64,000 nucleotides of DNA from a virus, in the IMG/VR virus record IMGVR_UViG_3300010354_000047, positions 64,001 through 128,000 of that record; one strand, 5' to 3'. Below the pieces are notes generated by a model. It worked only from the letters and a program-made list of their open reading frames with translations, had not been told where the DNA came from and did no database searches. A program made the translations under genes and the position numbers. Positions 1 to 9,179 of this stretch are shown one piece after another (the stretch's first letter is position 1; each line of letters opens with the position of its first letter).

Positions 1-2
1 GT

Positions 3-1241
3 GTTCTAACAGGATTCACTTCAGGGACAACCGACATTACATCGAAAGGGATTGGAGTCGCTCTGATCGACGATCCGCTCAAGTCCTCTGATTCAAAAGC
101 GGCTCTCGAGAATCTGGAGAGTTGGTGGGGAGAGCAAATGTCCACTCGAAGAACCAATAACTATGCTCAAATTTTAATTGCTACTCGATTCCACGAGAAA
201 GACTTGCATGGTATTTTAGTTGACGGGGATGGGTTGTATGACCCGATTGAAAATCCTTTTGGCTGGCGCTGGATAAATATACAAGGGCTTTGCGAGGACC
301 CCGCGAATGACATTCTTGGCCGAAGTCTTGGAGAATCCCACTGGCCGGAAAACTCAGCTTTTGCTGTTCCTGTTCTGGAGTCACAGAAAAAGATTATGGG
401 TAGCTTCAAGTTTGCAGCCCTTTATCAAGGAGTACCTGTAGCTGCTGAAGGTCAAATAATCAAAAACAGCTGGATCAGCATTGTTGAAGAAGAAGAATGC
501 CCTCCTCTTGATGTCGTTTGGTTCGGAGTCGATTGCGCCTTCTCCGAAAAAGAACTTGCCGATGAGAGTGTAATTTGCGTAGCCGGAATCAGTACTCGAG
601 ACCCTGGAACTGTTTACATCAAAGACATAATCAAAGGTAGATGGGGTTTTCCTGACTTACTTGAGTCTGTTAAGCAACAACATTCTTTCTACAAAGCCAA
701 GATGCTTTGCATAGAGAAGGCCGCAGCTGGACACTCTTTACTACAAGTTCTTCGGAGGGAGTCGAAGATTCCAGTTGAGGAGATGAAACCTCAGCAGCGG
801 TCAAAGTCCGTCCGCCTCCAGGCAGTCTCCCCTTTACTCGAGAATAATCGCGTTAAGATAGTTCGAGGGCTGTGGAGCGATGCCTTCATTAAGGAGCTCA
901 CTGCATTCCCCTTTGTAAAACACGACGACAGCGTAGACGCTTTCGTATGGGCCCTAACCTTCTATTCCATGAAGCTGGATAACACTGAGAGAGCGGTGCA
1001 GGACTCCGTCCTTCAGAGTCGAAAGTGGCAGCCTCAGCTTCGGAGAGATTTCGGGGACGAATCAACATACTCTCGACTTGTCGAAGACGAAAATAGGGTT
1101 AGTCGAAGAGTCTCTCCGCTCCCCGGAATCTCTGAGACCAACACTGAAACTTACGCTCAGCAAGGGTCTTCAAAAGGGATCATACGGTCTGTTAGGGGGC
1201 GTCCCTCGGCAAGAAACTTTGGATATAACATCTGGGATTAG
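3..1241 (+). CDS. terL: Terminase large subunit, 5'-truncated by the window edge
   Basis: Frame is open from nt 3 and contains the Walker B ALIDDP upstream of the ORF-track Met. Nuclease-domain motifs GVDCAF, IEKAAAG, K..R and FPFVKHDDSVDA follow. Confidence 0.88.
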   Translation, partial: VLTGFTSGTTDITSKGIGVALIDDPLKSSDSKAALENLESWWGEQMSTRRTNNYAQILIATRFHEKDLHGILVDGDGLYDPIENPFGWRWINIQGLCEDPANDILGRSLGESHWPENSAFAVPVLESQKKIMGSFKFAALYQGVPVAAEGQIIKNSWISIVEEEECPPLDVVWFGVDCAFSEKELADESVICVAGISTRDPGTVYIKDIIKGRWGFPDLLESVKQQHSFYKAKMLCIEKAAAGHSLLQVLRRESKIPVEEMKPQQRSKSVRLQAVSPLLENNRVKIVRGLWSDAFIKELTAFPFVKHDDSVDAFVWALTFYSMKLDNTERAVQDSVLQSRKWQPQLRRDFGDESTYSRLVEDENRVSRRVSPLPGISETNTETYAQQGSSKGIIRSVRGRPSARNFGYNIWD

Positions 1242-1309
1242 AGCGTTAAAAGTCGGTATTGCGATTTGCAACCGCATTAAAAGTTGCTGTTGTTATCAAC
1301 AGTTTCAAA

Positions 1310-1513
1310 ATGGCTATTTCACCTACAGATTTCAACTCCTCAATAATGAAAGAGGATCTCGGGACAGTATGTCTGATTACGAATCCCCGTTCCGACAAGT
1401 ACCTAGTAAAACCAGAGAAGAAAATCAAACCAGGGATCCCGGAAGATTCCTACTCCCGATGGTGTGGAGGGGCCGGTGGTTTCGACCTCTTCGTTGAGCG
1501 CGTACATGAATGA
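1310..1513 (+). CDS. Small hypothetical protein
   Basis: ORF 1259..1513. ATG at 1310 (MAISPTDFNSS) is the more likely start; fills the terL-phoH gap. Confidence 0.55.
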   Translation: MAISPTDFNSSIMKEDLGTVCLITNPRSDKYLVKPEKKIKPGIPEDSYSRWCGGAGGFDLFVERVHE

Positions 1514-1701
1514 ATATGTTGAGCGCCTTCTGAACCAGGATGAATGGTGGGCTCTCTGAGCGTGAGTGGAGGGTAAAGTCCCTCAGTGGGGTTTCACTCA
1601 TGGCTCTACACTTGAAAAATGAAGGGGGTGAGGATCATGTAATCCGTCACAGCAACGAAGTATACATCGTATCCACTGTTGTCACAAACCCTCTTCACCA
1701 A

Positions 1702-2424
1702 ATGTTGAAAAGCAAAGAAAAGCGCAAAATGCGCCGTGCTGAATCTGCCCAATTGATCGAACGCTCGTATAGTAGGGGAATGGACGTTTCCTCCCCGAAG
1801 TTCCTGACCTGGAAACAAGAAGAATTTTGGAACACCCTCAAGAAAAACACTGTAACACTTGCTTCAGGCGCAGCAGGAACGGGAAAAACCTTGATCGCCC
1901 TCCATTATGGACTCTTTGGAGTTGCTCAAGGAACATTTGACAAGATTTACTATATTCGAAGCGATGTCGGAGTCGAGTTCCAGAGGGGAAGAGGGGCTTT
2001 GCCAGGTGATTTATCCGAAAAGATTGCACCGCTTGTTGCCCCGATTCATGACAATCTACCCTGTATTATGCGGTCGCAAGGTGCTGCTGAGTACTTGCTG
2101 AACAAGAAAATCATCGAGCCGTCTCTTCTTGAAGACGTTAGAGGGCGATCTTTAAACAACGCTTTCATCATCGTAGACGAAGCTCAGAACTTTTTGCCTT
2201 CTCAGTGTAAGACCGTGCTGACTCGCGTTGGTAAAGATTCGAAGATTTGCCTTATTGGTGATACGAAGCAGACGGACCTCGAAGTTTTTCGTCGTGAAAA
2301 TGGCCTACTTGATGCCATCAGTCGATTAAAGAATCTTCCTGAAGTTGGAATAGTCCACTTTGACCGAAGCGACATTGTTCGAAACTCAGTTATCTCTCAC
2401 ATACTCGAAAGATACGAAGAGTGA
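1702..2424 (+). CDS. phoH: PhoH-family ATPase
   Basis: GAAGTGKT Walker A, GALPGDLSEK, RGRSLNNAFIIVDEAQN, GDTKQTD, DIVRNS. Start placed at ATG 1702 rather than 1540. Confidence 0.93.
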   Translation: MLKSKEKRKMRRAESAQLIERSYSRGMDVSSPKFLTWKQEEFWNTLKKNTVTLASGAAGTGKTLIALHYGLFGVAQGTFDKIYYIRSDVGVEFQRGRGALPGDLSEKIAPLVAPIHDNLPCIMRSQGAAEYLLNKKIIEPSLLEDVRGRSLNNAFIIVDEAQNFLPSQCKTVLTRVGKDSKICLIGDTKQTDLEVFRRENGLLDAISRLKNLPEVGIVHFDRSDIVRNSVISHILERYEE

Positions 2425-2427
2425 CTC

Positions 2428-2451
2428 AAGGGGCTTCGGCCCCTTATTTTT
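2428..2451 (+). terminator. Intrinsic terminator after phoH
   Basis: AAGGGGC-TTCG-GCCCCTT followed by ATTTTT; cUUCGg tetraloop. Confidence 0.85.
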
Positions 2452-2481
2452 AGGGTATACTACCTTAGTCATCTTTTTTGT

Positions 2482-3271
2482 ATGCCCTATAGTCCTGAAC
2501 AACTTTTCTCCGTTCTGGGGTACTCCGCACGTGCTCTGGGTGCCTCTGACGGGGAAATCTACGAATTTGCACGCTGCATGCGACCCGATGGAACCTTCTA
2601 CGGAACGCGAGGAAAGTGTAAAAAAAAGGTTCGGAAGTTAACCCTGAGTCACAAGACAAAGGCCCTCAATCTGAAAGGAAGGTTCTAAAGGAAATGGTTA
2701 GGGCCGGGGGAAAGTTTCATCTTCCGTCCAGAGGAAAACCTGAAACACCCGACGAAGTTCAAGCTAGAAAAGCCAGAGTTGAGAAAGATCATGAGGCTAA
2801 GAAGAAACAAAAGGAGAGAATAGCAGAACAAGACGAAAGACACACAAAAATCGCAAAAGACTTATACGAACTGGGTGGCGGTGATTCTAAGGATGACAGT
2901 TTATATTCACGTAACCGGCGGAAGGGTATAAAAGAGGAACTTGACATTATTGGTAATGCAGGTCGTCAAGGTGCTCAATATCTTAAGAAGGGGATACTGC
3001 TGCTCTTCTTGAGCACGCAAGGAAGGTGTCCGCAGGAGGGGTGAAAACTCACGTTGAAAGCTTGGTAAAGGCCAAGAAAGAGGAACAGAAAGCTAGACTT
3101 AAGGAGGAAATAGCACGAAAGAAAGAAAGAGGTGATAGTCCTGAAGACATAGCTCAATACAAGGCAAACGAAAACTTTTATATGAAGAGGGAGCTAAAGA
3201 GAACAGCATATGATGCGGAAAGGGAGTGGAATGCCTTAGTCGCAATTGAAAGAGCTAGTCGAGGGAGGTGA
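2482..3271 (+). pseudogene. Tag-A protein split into three ORFs by two homopolymer frameshifts (or assembly errors)
   Basis: YEFARCMRPDGTFYGTRGKC is followed by an A8 run (2620-2627). The shifted frame reads GSEVNPES, matching GSEVNPKES in the 55164 paralog, and runs into ORF 2694..3044. A G4 run at 2990-2993 likewise joins ORF 3026..3271. Confidence 0.7.
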
Positions 3272-3322
3272 AACCAAAGGTCGCCTTTGATACTTTGGTT
3301 GTAGAGTAAAAGTTTGAGGTTT

Positions 3323-5153
3323 ATGAAATCTAAATTCTTGTGGCATAACTTTCGAGACTCTCGACATCTTAATGGAGAGGACGAGCGCGTCGATGGGAAT
3401 ATACGAAGGAATAGACTTGAAGGTCCTTCAAGCCCTTTACCTTCTAAAAGGGACTCGAGCAGAGAACCTTCCGCTAGGGAAGTAGAAAGGGCTAAAGAAG
3501 AAGCAGTAGGAGGAAAAAGGGACGAATGCAAAAAGGGGGAAGTCTTGCAGCGCTACTTGCATATACTATAATGACAAATGTTTAGTAGCTCTCCCAGCCC
3601 CCTTGAGTGAGGGATTAAGAAAAGTAATAGGCATTCTAGAAGAAGCTACAGGAAGAGGTATTTCAGACGATGAAGCTGGAACTATCTTTGAGAAGCATCT
3701 TAAGTTGCAAGATGAGATAAAGTTTGGGCCGAATAAAGAACTCGTGGTCCCAGACCCGAAAGATCCCGACAATCCTGCCAAGTTTAAGGTCAATCTGGAG
3801 TTATTCCCTAAGAAACTCCAAGCCGAGGTTCAAAGAGACACGGAAGAACTTAACTCTAGATTAGAGGAAGTCAGGTCTAAATACGGTAAGACCGAGGGTG
3901 ATAAAAGAATCTCGGAAATAGTTGGCATCATGGTGCCAACGACGATAGCAAGGGAGAGGGAGAAAATCTCATACACACCTCCTGAAGCATTGGAGTATAT
4001 CTACAAGAATAGGAAAACTTTCGAGAGAATGAACGACATATACGAAGAACTTTCCAAACTCCAGAAAGAAGGAAAATTGACCCCGGAGATTGTTAACGAG
4101 AGGATGAAGGAAATAAGTCAAACCTTGCGACCTAGAATGGGGGAGTGGTCCCAAGAAGAAATAGCTTTAGCGGCTTCATTGTTAACCCCCTTAGAAAGAA
4201 ACTTCTTTGGAAAGGCGGGTTCCCTTTCAGAAGGGGGAGGTCTATTTCGAGCTGGAGACGAACTCCCCTCTTCCTACGGCGATCTTAGTGCAGCTACAGA
4301 TGAGCAGCAAAGGGCACGAGTCTTATTGGGAGCCCGAATTATTCTTGAGTCAAACGGAAAAAACATCTACACCGGGCAACCTCTAAATGTCCTGGAGTCA
4401 GATTGGGAGCACATGATTTCATTTGAAGCTATTCGCAGGAATGCGGAGGTGTACCATAATATAGGGTTGGTGTCTAGTAGGGACAATGGTGGAAAGGCCG
4501 ACAAACCACCCTCTTGGTTGTATAATACAGGGAAAGGTGGTTACATGTCCGGAATGAAGTTTGACGATAACGGGAAGCTTACGCCAGAAAGTAGAGCAAA
4601 GTGGGAGGCTAAAGAGCGAGCTAAAGTAGAAGTTAAGGAGTTAAAGCGAAAAGGTTTTGAGCTCTCTTACTACCAAAGGGGGCAAGAAAGAGTCCAAGCT
4701 CTTCAAGAATTGGTAGCAATGGTTCAGAATTCTAAGTTAAGAAGTAAAGATAAACTCGATGTCCTCAATAAAGTTGCCTTAGGTATGTTGCTGGAGGGTG
4801 ATCCGAAGTTTGCAGCGACAGCTGGAGGGGGAATTCAGTCACATGGAAGAGCAGGCAAAAGATGGTATTACTTTGGTTATGATAACCCTGAGTTTTGCAG
4901 GTTTGTTTCCAATAAATTGCTAGAACTTGCTGCGAAAGGCGATTCCGAAGGAATCAAAAAAGTGGGAGAAATTATGGAAGCTGAAGTCAATGAGAAATTG
5001 AATCCCACGATTAAAGAGCAATTGGGAACTAACTACACATACAAAGGTAAACCTTCCTTTAAGTTGGGTGATGAGGGGACAGAGCAAGTGCGAGAAATCA
5101 TGGAAAAATTATCCAAACAAGCCATGGAGCGTATAAAACAGGAGATAGGCTAA
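3323..5153 (+). pseudogene. Tag-B HNH nuclease protein with a frameshift in a G5 run at 3535-3539 (or assembly error)
   Basis: N-terminus WHNFRDSR matches WHNFSDSR of 5210. Removing one G restores CKKGKSCSATCIYYNDKC in frame with ORF 3603..5153, which has HNH motifs IYTG...DWEH...N...N..KAD. Confidence 0.75.
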
Positions 5154-5209
5154 CTTTCCGCTCAGATTAAATTAGCGGGTAAAGTCTGTGAAGTCTGTGG
5201 TCCGTGAGG

Positions 5210-6826
5210 ATGAATCCATTGTTCAATTGGCATAACTTCTCCGACTCTCGAAAGTTGCAAGGGGATGATGCGAGAGTTGAAGATTTGGGTCGTCATCAGG
5301 GCCTCACCGGTGAATCCTCCCCAGTTCCTTCGAAAAAGGCTCCGAAAGAAGCTCCAAGCCCCGCTTCAGGAAAGACCCCTGGCCAGTCTTCGGGAAAGGG
5401 TTCTAAAAAGTGTTCGAAAGGAAAGTCTTGTAGTGCGACCTGCATTTACAAAGGCGATGATTGCCTAAAGGGTCTTGACCCTAAAGTTGCAGAAGGTTTG
5501 AACCGTCTCGCCCAAGAAATTAAAAAGTTTGCTGGCAGAGGAGGGGGAGAAGAAGAAGCCCTCGCCGCCGTTAGCCGACTTGAGTCCTCTGGAACCATTG
5601 AAGGGCAAGCTAAGAAGATCGCAGCGTCTCTTAACGCTATGGATGAAAAGTACCCTGATCCGGCAGAGAGGGATGCTCGAATCTCGCAAGTATTTGACTT
5701 AGTCCTCCCTGGAATGGCTAAGAAAGGAGATACGGGTGAAAAACAAGCATATTCCGAGGGCCAGCTTCAAAGGTTGATCAACAACAAAGATATTGAAGAG
5801 TTTGAGAAGGTGTATCAATCCGTTAAGAAAGGGGAGATTAAGAATCTAGAAGAGTTTGAAGCAAGAATGAGGCCTCTAGCTCAAAGAAGAAGGGTCAATG
5901 ACATTTCGGACGAGCAAGTGGACCTGGCAATGGCACTACTCCCAAAAGACTTGATTGCCTCACTGGGAAAGCAAGGGCGACCAGGGATTTGGGGGAAATG
6001 GGGGGAGAACCAAGATTCGCTCGCTTCCCCTGAGATGGGCCACACCCCTAAAAATGAGTCTGCCACGGGTCGAGCCAGGTTGATTCTAAGAATTGGCATG
6101 GAAGAGGGTATGAGGGATATGTACACAGGCCAAAGAGTTGGCTTTGGAGACATTGACCTGGAGCACACGATTCCCTTCGGAGTTGGAAAGTCCTTTGCCG
6201 AGCATGGTTCAAATTTCGGTTTGACAACGAGACTCAATAATCGGGCAAAGGGGGACATCAGTCCTGAAGAGTGGCGTTCAAAGGTCCTAAAGCAGTACGG
6301 GATTTCCGACGGGGCGATCACAGACAAAACTCGGGAGAGACTAAGGAAAGAGCAAGCAGAGGCTCAGAAATATAACGACGACCGAGCAAGGGTTTCTGGA
6401 GGGACCTCTCCCGAAACTGTTGCGTCTGTTTTCAAGGGTATTGATGAGTCCGCTAACAAACCATTAATTAAACAGAAACTAAAGAACAAAGCCCTTCAAT
6501 CTATGGCGGGTTACACTGAAACTTATCTTCACGGTTTTAGAGCGAATCGAGCTGGGGCAAGCCGCCGAGTCTATATATTTCGTGGAACAGAGCTCGGAGA
6601 AAGAGTCATGGACGCCGCCGCATCGCAGATTGACAAATTTCAAGCTACTGGTGATAAAGGAAAAGTCGAAAAAGCTTTGGAGATTCTCAGGTCGGCAGGA
6701 CCCAGAATCAACGAGGCCCTAGATAGCAAGTACGGAAACCAAAGGCTAGATAAAGATGCAACCGAGGCAGTGAATGTTGCCAACGACATTCGAAAACAGA
6801 TACTCGAAGAGATAAACGCTCTATGA
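5210..6826 (+). CDS. Tag-B HNH nuclease protein, paralog of 3323..5153
   Basis: CSKGKSCSATCIYKGDDC tag; HNH segment RDMYTGQ...DLEHTIP...SNFGLTTRLNNRAKGD. Confidence 0.75.
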   Translation: MNPLFNWHNFSDSRKLQGDDARVEDLGRHQGLTGESSPVPSKKAPKEAPSPASGKTPGQSSGKGSKKCSKGKSCSATCIYKGDDCLKGLDPKVAEGLNRLAQEIKKFAGRGGGEEEALAAVSRLESSGTIEGQAKKIAASLNAMDEKYPDPAERDARISQVFDLVLPGMAKKGDTGEKQAYSEGQLQRLINNKDIEEFEKVYQSVKKGEIKNLEEFEARMRPLAQRRRVNDISDEQVDLAMALLPKDLIASLGKQGRPGIWGKWGENQDSLASPEMGHTPKNESATGRARLILRIGMEEGMRDMYTGQRVGFGDIDLEHTIPFGVGKSFAEHGSNFGLTTRLNNRAKGDISPEEWRSKVLKQYGISDGAITDKTRERLRKEQAEAQKYNDDRARVSGGTSPETVASVFKGIDESANKPLIKQKLKNKALQSMAGYTETYLHGFRANRAGASRRVYIFRGTELGERVMDAAASQIDKFQATGDKGKVEKALEILRSAGPRINEALDSKYGNQRLDKDATEAVNVANDIRKQILEEINAL

Positions 6827-7158
6827 TAACTGACACACGATTCCCTCGAGAAGATAGATCAATCCTAGAACAGCGCCTTCCTCCGGGAACTTTGAGCCAC
6901 CCGCAAGCCTTTGGCGTCTGGTCTATCTTCTTGCAATGCGATGACCCTTCCGACGTAGCTCACAAGTTTCGATCTTATCGAGACAGCAATCTTTGTTCAA
7001 TCCCTCGGGGCAACCTTCGAGCTATGCGTGACACTCTTATTCTCTCGATGCGTGAAGAGAACAAGAAGCTAAAGGTCCCGAGAAAGGAGAAGAAGAAAGG
7101 AGTGCATTATATGGACTATGAGAATGAATGGGTGGACAAACCAAGAACAGGAGCCTAA
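6823..7158 (+). CDS. Hypothetical protein coupled to the HNH gene (candidate immunity protein)
   Basis: 111 aa; ATGA start/stop overlap with 5210..6826. Confidence 0.6.
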   Translation: MITDTRFPREDRSILEQRLPPGTLSHPQAFGVWSIFLQCDDPSDVAHKFRSYRDSNLCSIPRGNLRAMRDTLILSMREENKKLKVPRKEKKKGVHYMDYENEWVDKPRTGA

Positions 7159-7524
7159 ATGGAAAAAACTTCCACTAAAATAGAAGAGCTTTATAGCATA
7201 CCTTGTGGCCCCATGGATGTCTCCGCTGATTCAGTCTGCCGGCGCTCCTTAAGGGATTTTATGGATTCTCTTCTTGACAGATTGACTCGAGAAATAAACT
7301 CACATCCTCAGAAGACCCCCTCACTTCCAAAAGATCTTGAAGCTGGAGAAGGGGGAACAATCGTAGCAAAGGGGGCAGAAAATGAAGAGTCTCGAAAAGA
7401 GAGACTGATTCGAGAAGGAAAGCTCAGAGCGGACGTGTCAAATGAGGTTAGAAAATATCGAGAGCAGCTTCAGGGAAACAGTAAGATGCTTCAAGACATT
7501 TCGGGAAAGATTGAACCTTTTTGA
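7159..7524 (+). CDS. Hypothetical protein
   Basis: 121-aa ORF abutting the previous stop codon. Confidence 0.6.
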   Translation: MEKTSTKIEELYSIPCGPMDVSADSVCRRSLRDFMDSLLDRLTREINSHPQKTPSLPKDLEAGEGGTIVAKGAENEESRKERLIREGKLRADVSNEVRKYREQLQGNSKMLQDISGKIEPF

Positions 7525-7540
7525 TACCGACTGGCGAAAA

Positions 7541-7547
7541 GGGTAAA
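7541..7547 (+). promoter_or_regulatory. GGGTA[AT] putative late promoter (representative of about 20 copies)
   Basis: Plus-strand copies start at 1571, 2453, 5177, 7541, 9150, 11031, 12429, 12915, 15294, 20115, 24507, 35209, 37409, 55130, 55824, 59257, 59874 and 61872. Minus-strand copies start at 31634 and 59239. Most lie 29-35 nt before a start codon. Confidence 0.8.
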
Positions 7548-7572
7548 AGTTGAGCAGTTCACACCCTATGTA

Positions 7573-8205
7573 ATGAGCAACAGAATCAACGGAGACTTCA
7601 ACCAAGAAACTCTTGAAGCATTTCGTTCGGCTTATGCGAGTCGAGAGCTTGAACCGGAAGACCTGGAAATGGACCCGCGAACAGGCCTTCCTTCCAACGT
7701 CGTTCTCAACACATCCCCCTGGATCCAGCACACTGGACTCTGGAAAGCAAACGACGGAACCGATAGAAACTTTGTTCCTAACCAGGTTCTTATCCCTGGT
7801 GAAGAAGCCGAAGAGGATGAACTCGAAGAAATGACGGACGAAGAGCTTGAGAAGTTTCTTGAAGAGTTTTTATCAGAAGAGGGGCAGGACGAGGAGGTCT
7901 TCGAAGAAGACGACGACTTTTTCAGTTCATCTGATGATCAAGGGGGACTCTCTGACGAAGAGATTGACTCCCTTTTGGAAGAGATTCTAGAAGAAATGGA
8001 TCTAGAACCAGAGGACGAAGAGGAGGACCCGGATACTGAAATTTCGGATGAAGAGATCGATTCCTTGTTAGAAGAGATTCTGGAAGACTTCGACCCGGAA
8101 CCTGAAGACGAAGATGAGAACGACTCAGACAGTATTGGAATCTCAGATGAGATGATTGATGCACTGATAGCGGAACTTGAGGGGGAAACTCTTGACGAGG
8201 ATTGA
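7573..8205 (+). CDS. Highly acidic protein with [ST]DEExxxLLEE repeats
   Basis: C-terminal two-thirds is D/E-rich with four helical repeats; leader GDFNQETL; GGGTAAA at 7541. Confidence 0.7.
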   Translation: MSNRINGDFNQETLEAFRSAYASRELEPEDLEMDPRTGLPSNVVLNTSPWIQHTGLWKANDGTDRNFVPNQVLIPGEEAEEDELEEMTDEELEKFLEEFLSEEGQDEEVFEEDDDFFSSSDDQGGLSDEEIDSLLEEILEEMDLEPEDEEEDPDTEISDEEIDSLLEEILEDFDPEPEDEDENDSDSIGISDEMIDALIAELEGETLDED

Positions 8206-8208
8206 TGG

Positions 8209-8880
8209 ATGAAGCCCCGAAAGTGTGTGAAAGGAAAAGCTTGCTCAGGAGCGTGCGTTGATCCGAATGAGGACTGTAGAAAAACATTTCCTCCCGGGTC
8301 TCAACCAGCTCTAAAGAAAGCAGTTCACATGATTGAACACATTGGCGTCAACGTTCTTTCCTGGAAAGTTGGAAAGACTCTGGGACCGATGGTTTCCGGA
8401 TTTCTAGAGAACTCTTACGGAGTTCCGAGAGAAAGTTCCCAAATGCTTTCTGAAGCTTTGGTTCAGGCTGTGACAGCCGTCGGCCTTAACTACAAGAAAA
8501 TCAAGTCCCCTGAAGACCTTGTTCGAAACCTCTTAATTGAATCCTCAGCAGCAATTCTTGGTAAGAGCGCCCACTCCGGGGCCGAAGAATTTCTGTCTTC
8601 TGCCGAAGGAAAGGAGATGTTAAAGAGTGCTCTTCCCCTTTTAGCTGGAAAGTTTACGGGGATTGGGGTTGCATTTGCGGGCTCCAGATTGCCCAGTCTT
8701 TCTCAGCTTTCCCGAATAGTCGCTGAACGTTCACAAAGCGACATTCAGAAACTTCGTGGCTTTATGAACCCACAGATGTTTAACGCATCGGAGGAGAAAA
8801 CTATTGAGGATATCTCCCAGACACTGACTGATATCTTCATTTTGTCATTACTAAGGTCTTCACGTCTTTTGGGTCAATGA
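8209..8880 (+). CDS. Tag-B protein with a hydrophobic helical domain
   Basis: N-terminal CVKGKACSGACVDPNEDC. Confidence 0.65.
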   Translation: MKPRKCVKGKACSGACVDPNEDCRKTFPPGSQPALKKAVHMIEHIGVNVLSWKVGKTLGPMVSGFLENSYGVPRESSQMLSEALVQAVTAVGLNYKKIKSPEDLVRNLLIESSAAILGKSAHSGAEEFLSSAEGKEMLKSALPLLAGKFTGIGVAFAGSRLPSLSQLSRIVAERSQSDIQKLRGFMNPQMFNASEEKTIEDISQTLTDIFILSLLRSSRLLGQ

Positions 8881-9155
8881 AATTCTTCAATGAGAGGGCC
8901 TTCCTGGTTCGTTCTCTGATCGGCATCTTCGCCGTTCAATTTGTTACCGTGGGTTATCAAACCTTCCTCTGCCAACGCTCTGTGCTCACTGTGAAGGAGT
9001 CCGATCGCGTTTCCCTAATCTGCACGAATGCAGCAAACTCCTACAACGAAACCGGAAAACTGGCTTTGGCCACAATTTTGGCCCTTCTAGTTCCTTCTTC
9101 GAAGCAAGAGTCTCCCGAAAGTAGTGAAAAAGAGGATAATTCGAAGGAAGGGTAA
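8877..9155 (+). CDS. Small two-TM membrane protein
   Basis: Two hydrophobic stretches (LIGIFAVQFVTVGY; LALATILALLV); ATGA overlap with the previous gene. Confidence 0.6.
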   Translation: MKFFNERAFLVRSLIGIFAVQFVTVGYQTFLCQRSVLTVKESDRVSLICTNAANSYNETGKLALATILALLVPSSKQESPESSEKEDNSKEG

Positions 9156-9179
9156 AAGTAACGATATTGTTGACAAGGT

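Noticed and set aside
1506-1559. 17-codon ORF MNEYVERLLNQDEWWAL
   Set aside because: Too short to support without conservation data.
3603-6826. Cas9/IscB-type RNA-guided nuclease
   Set aside because: Only the HNH segment resembles Cas9. No RuvC motifs, CRISPR array or room for a guide RNA gene were seen nearby.
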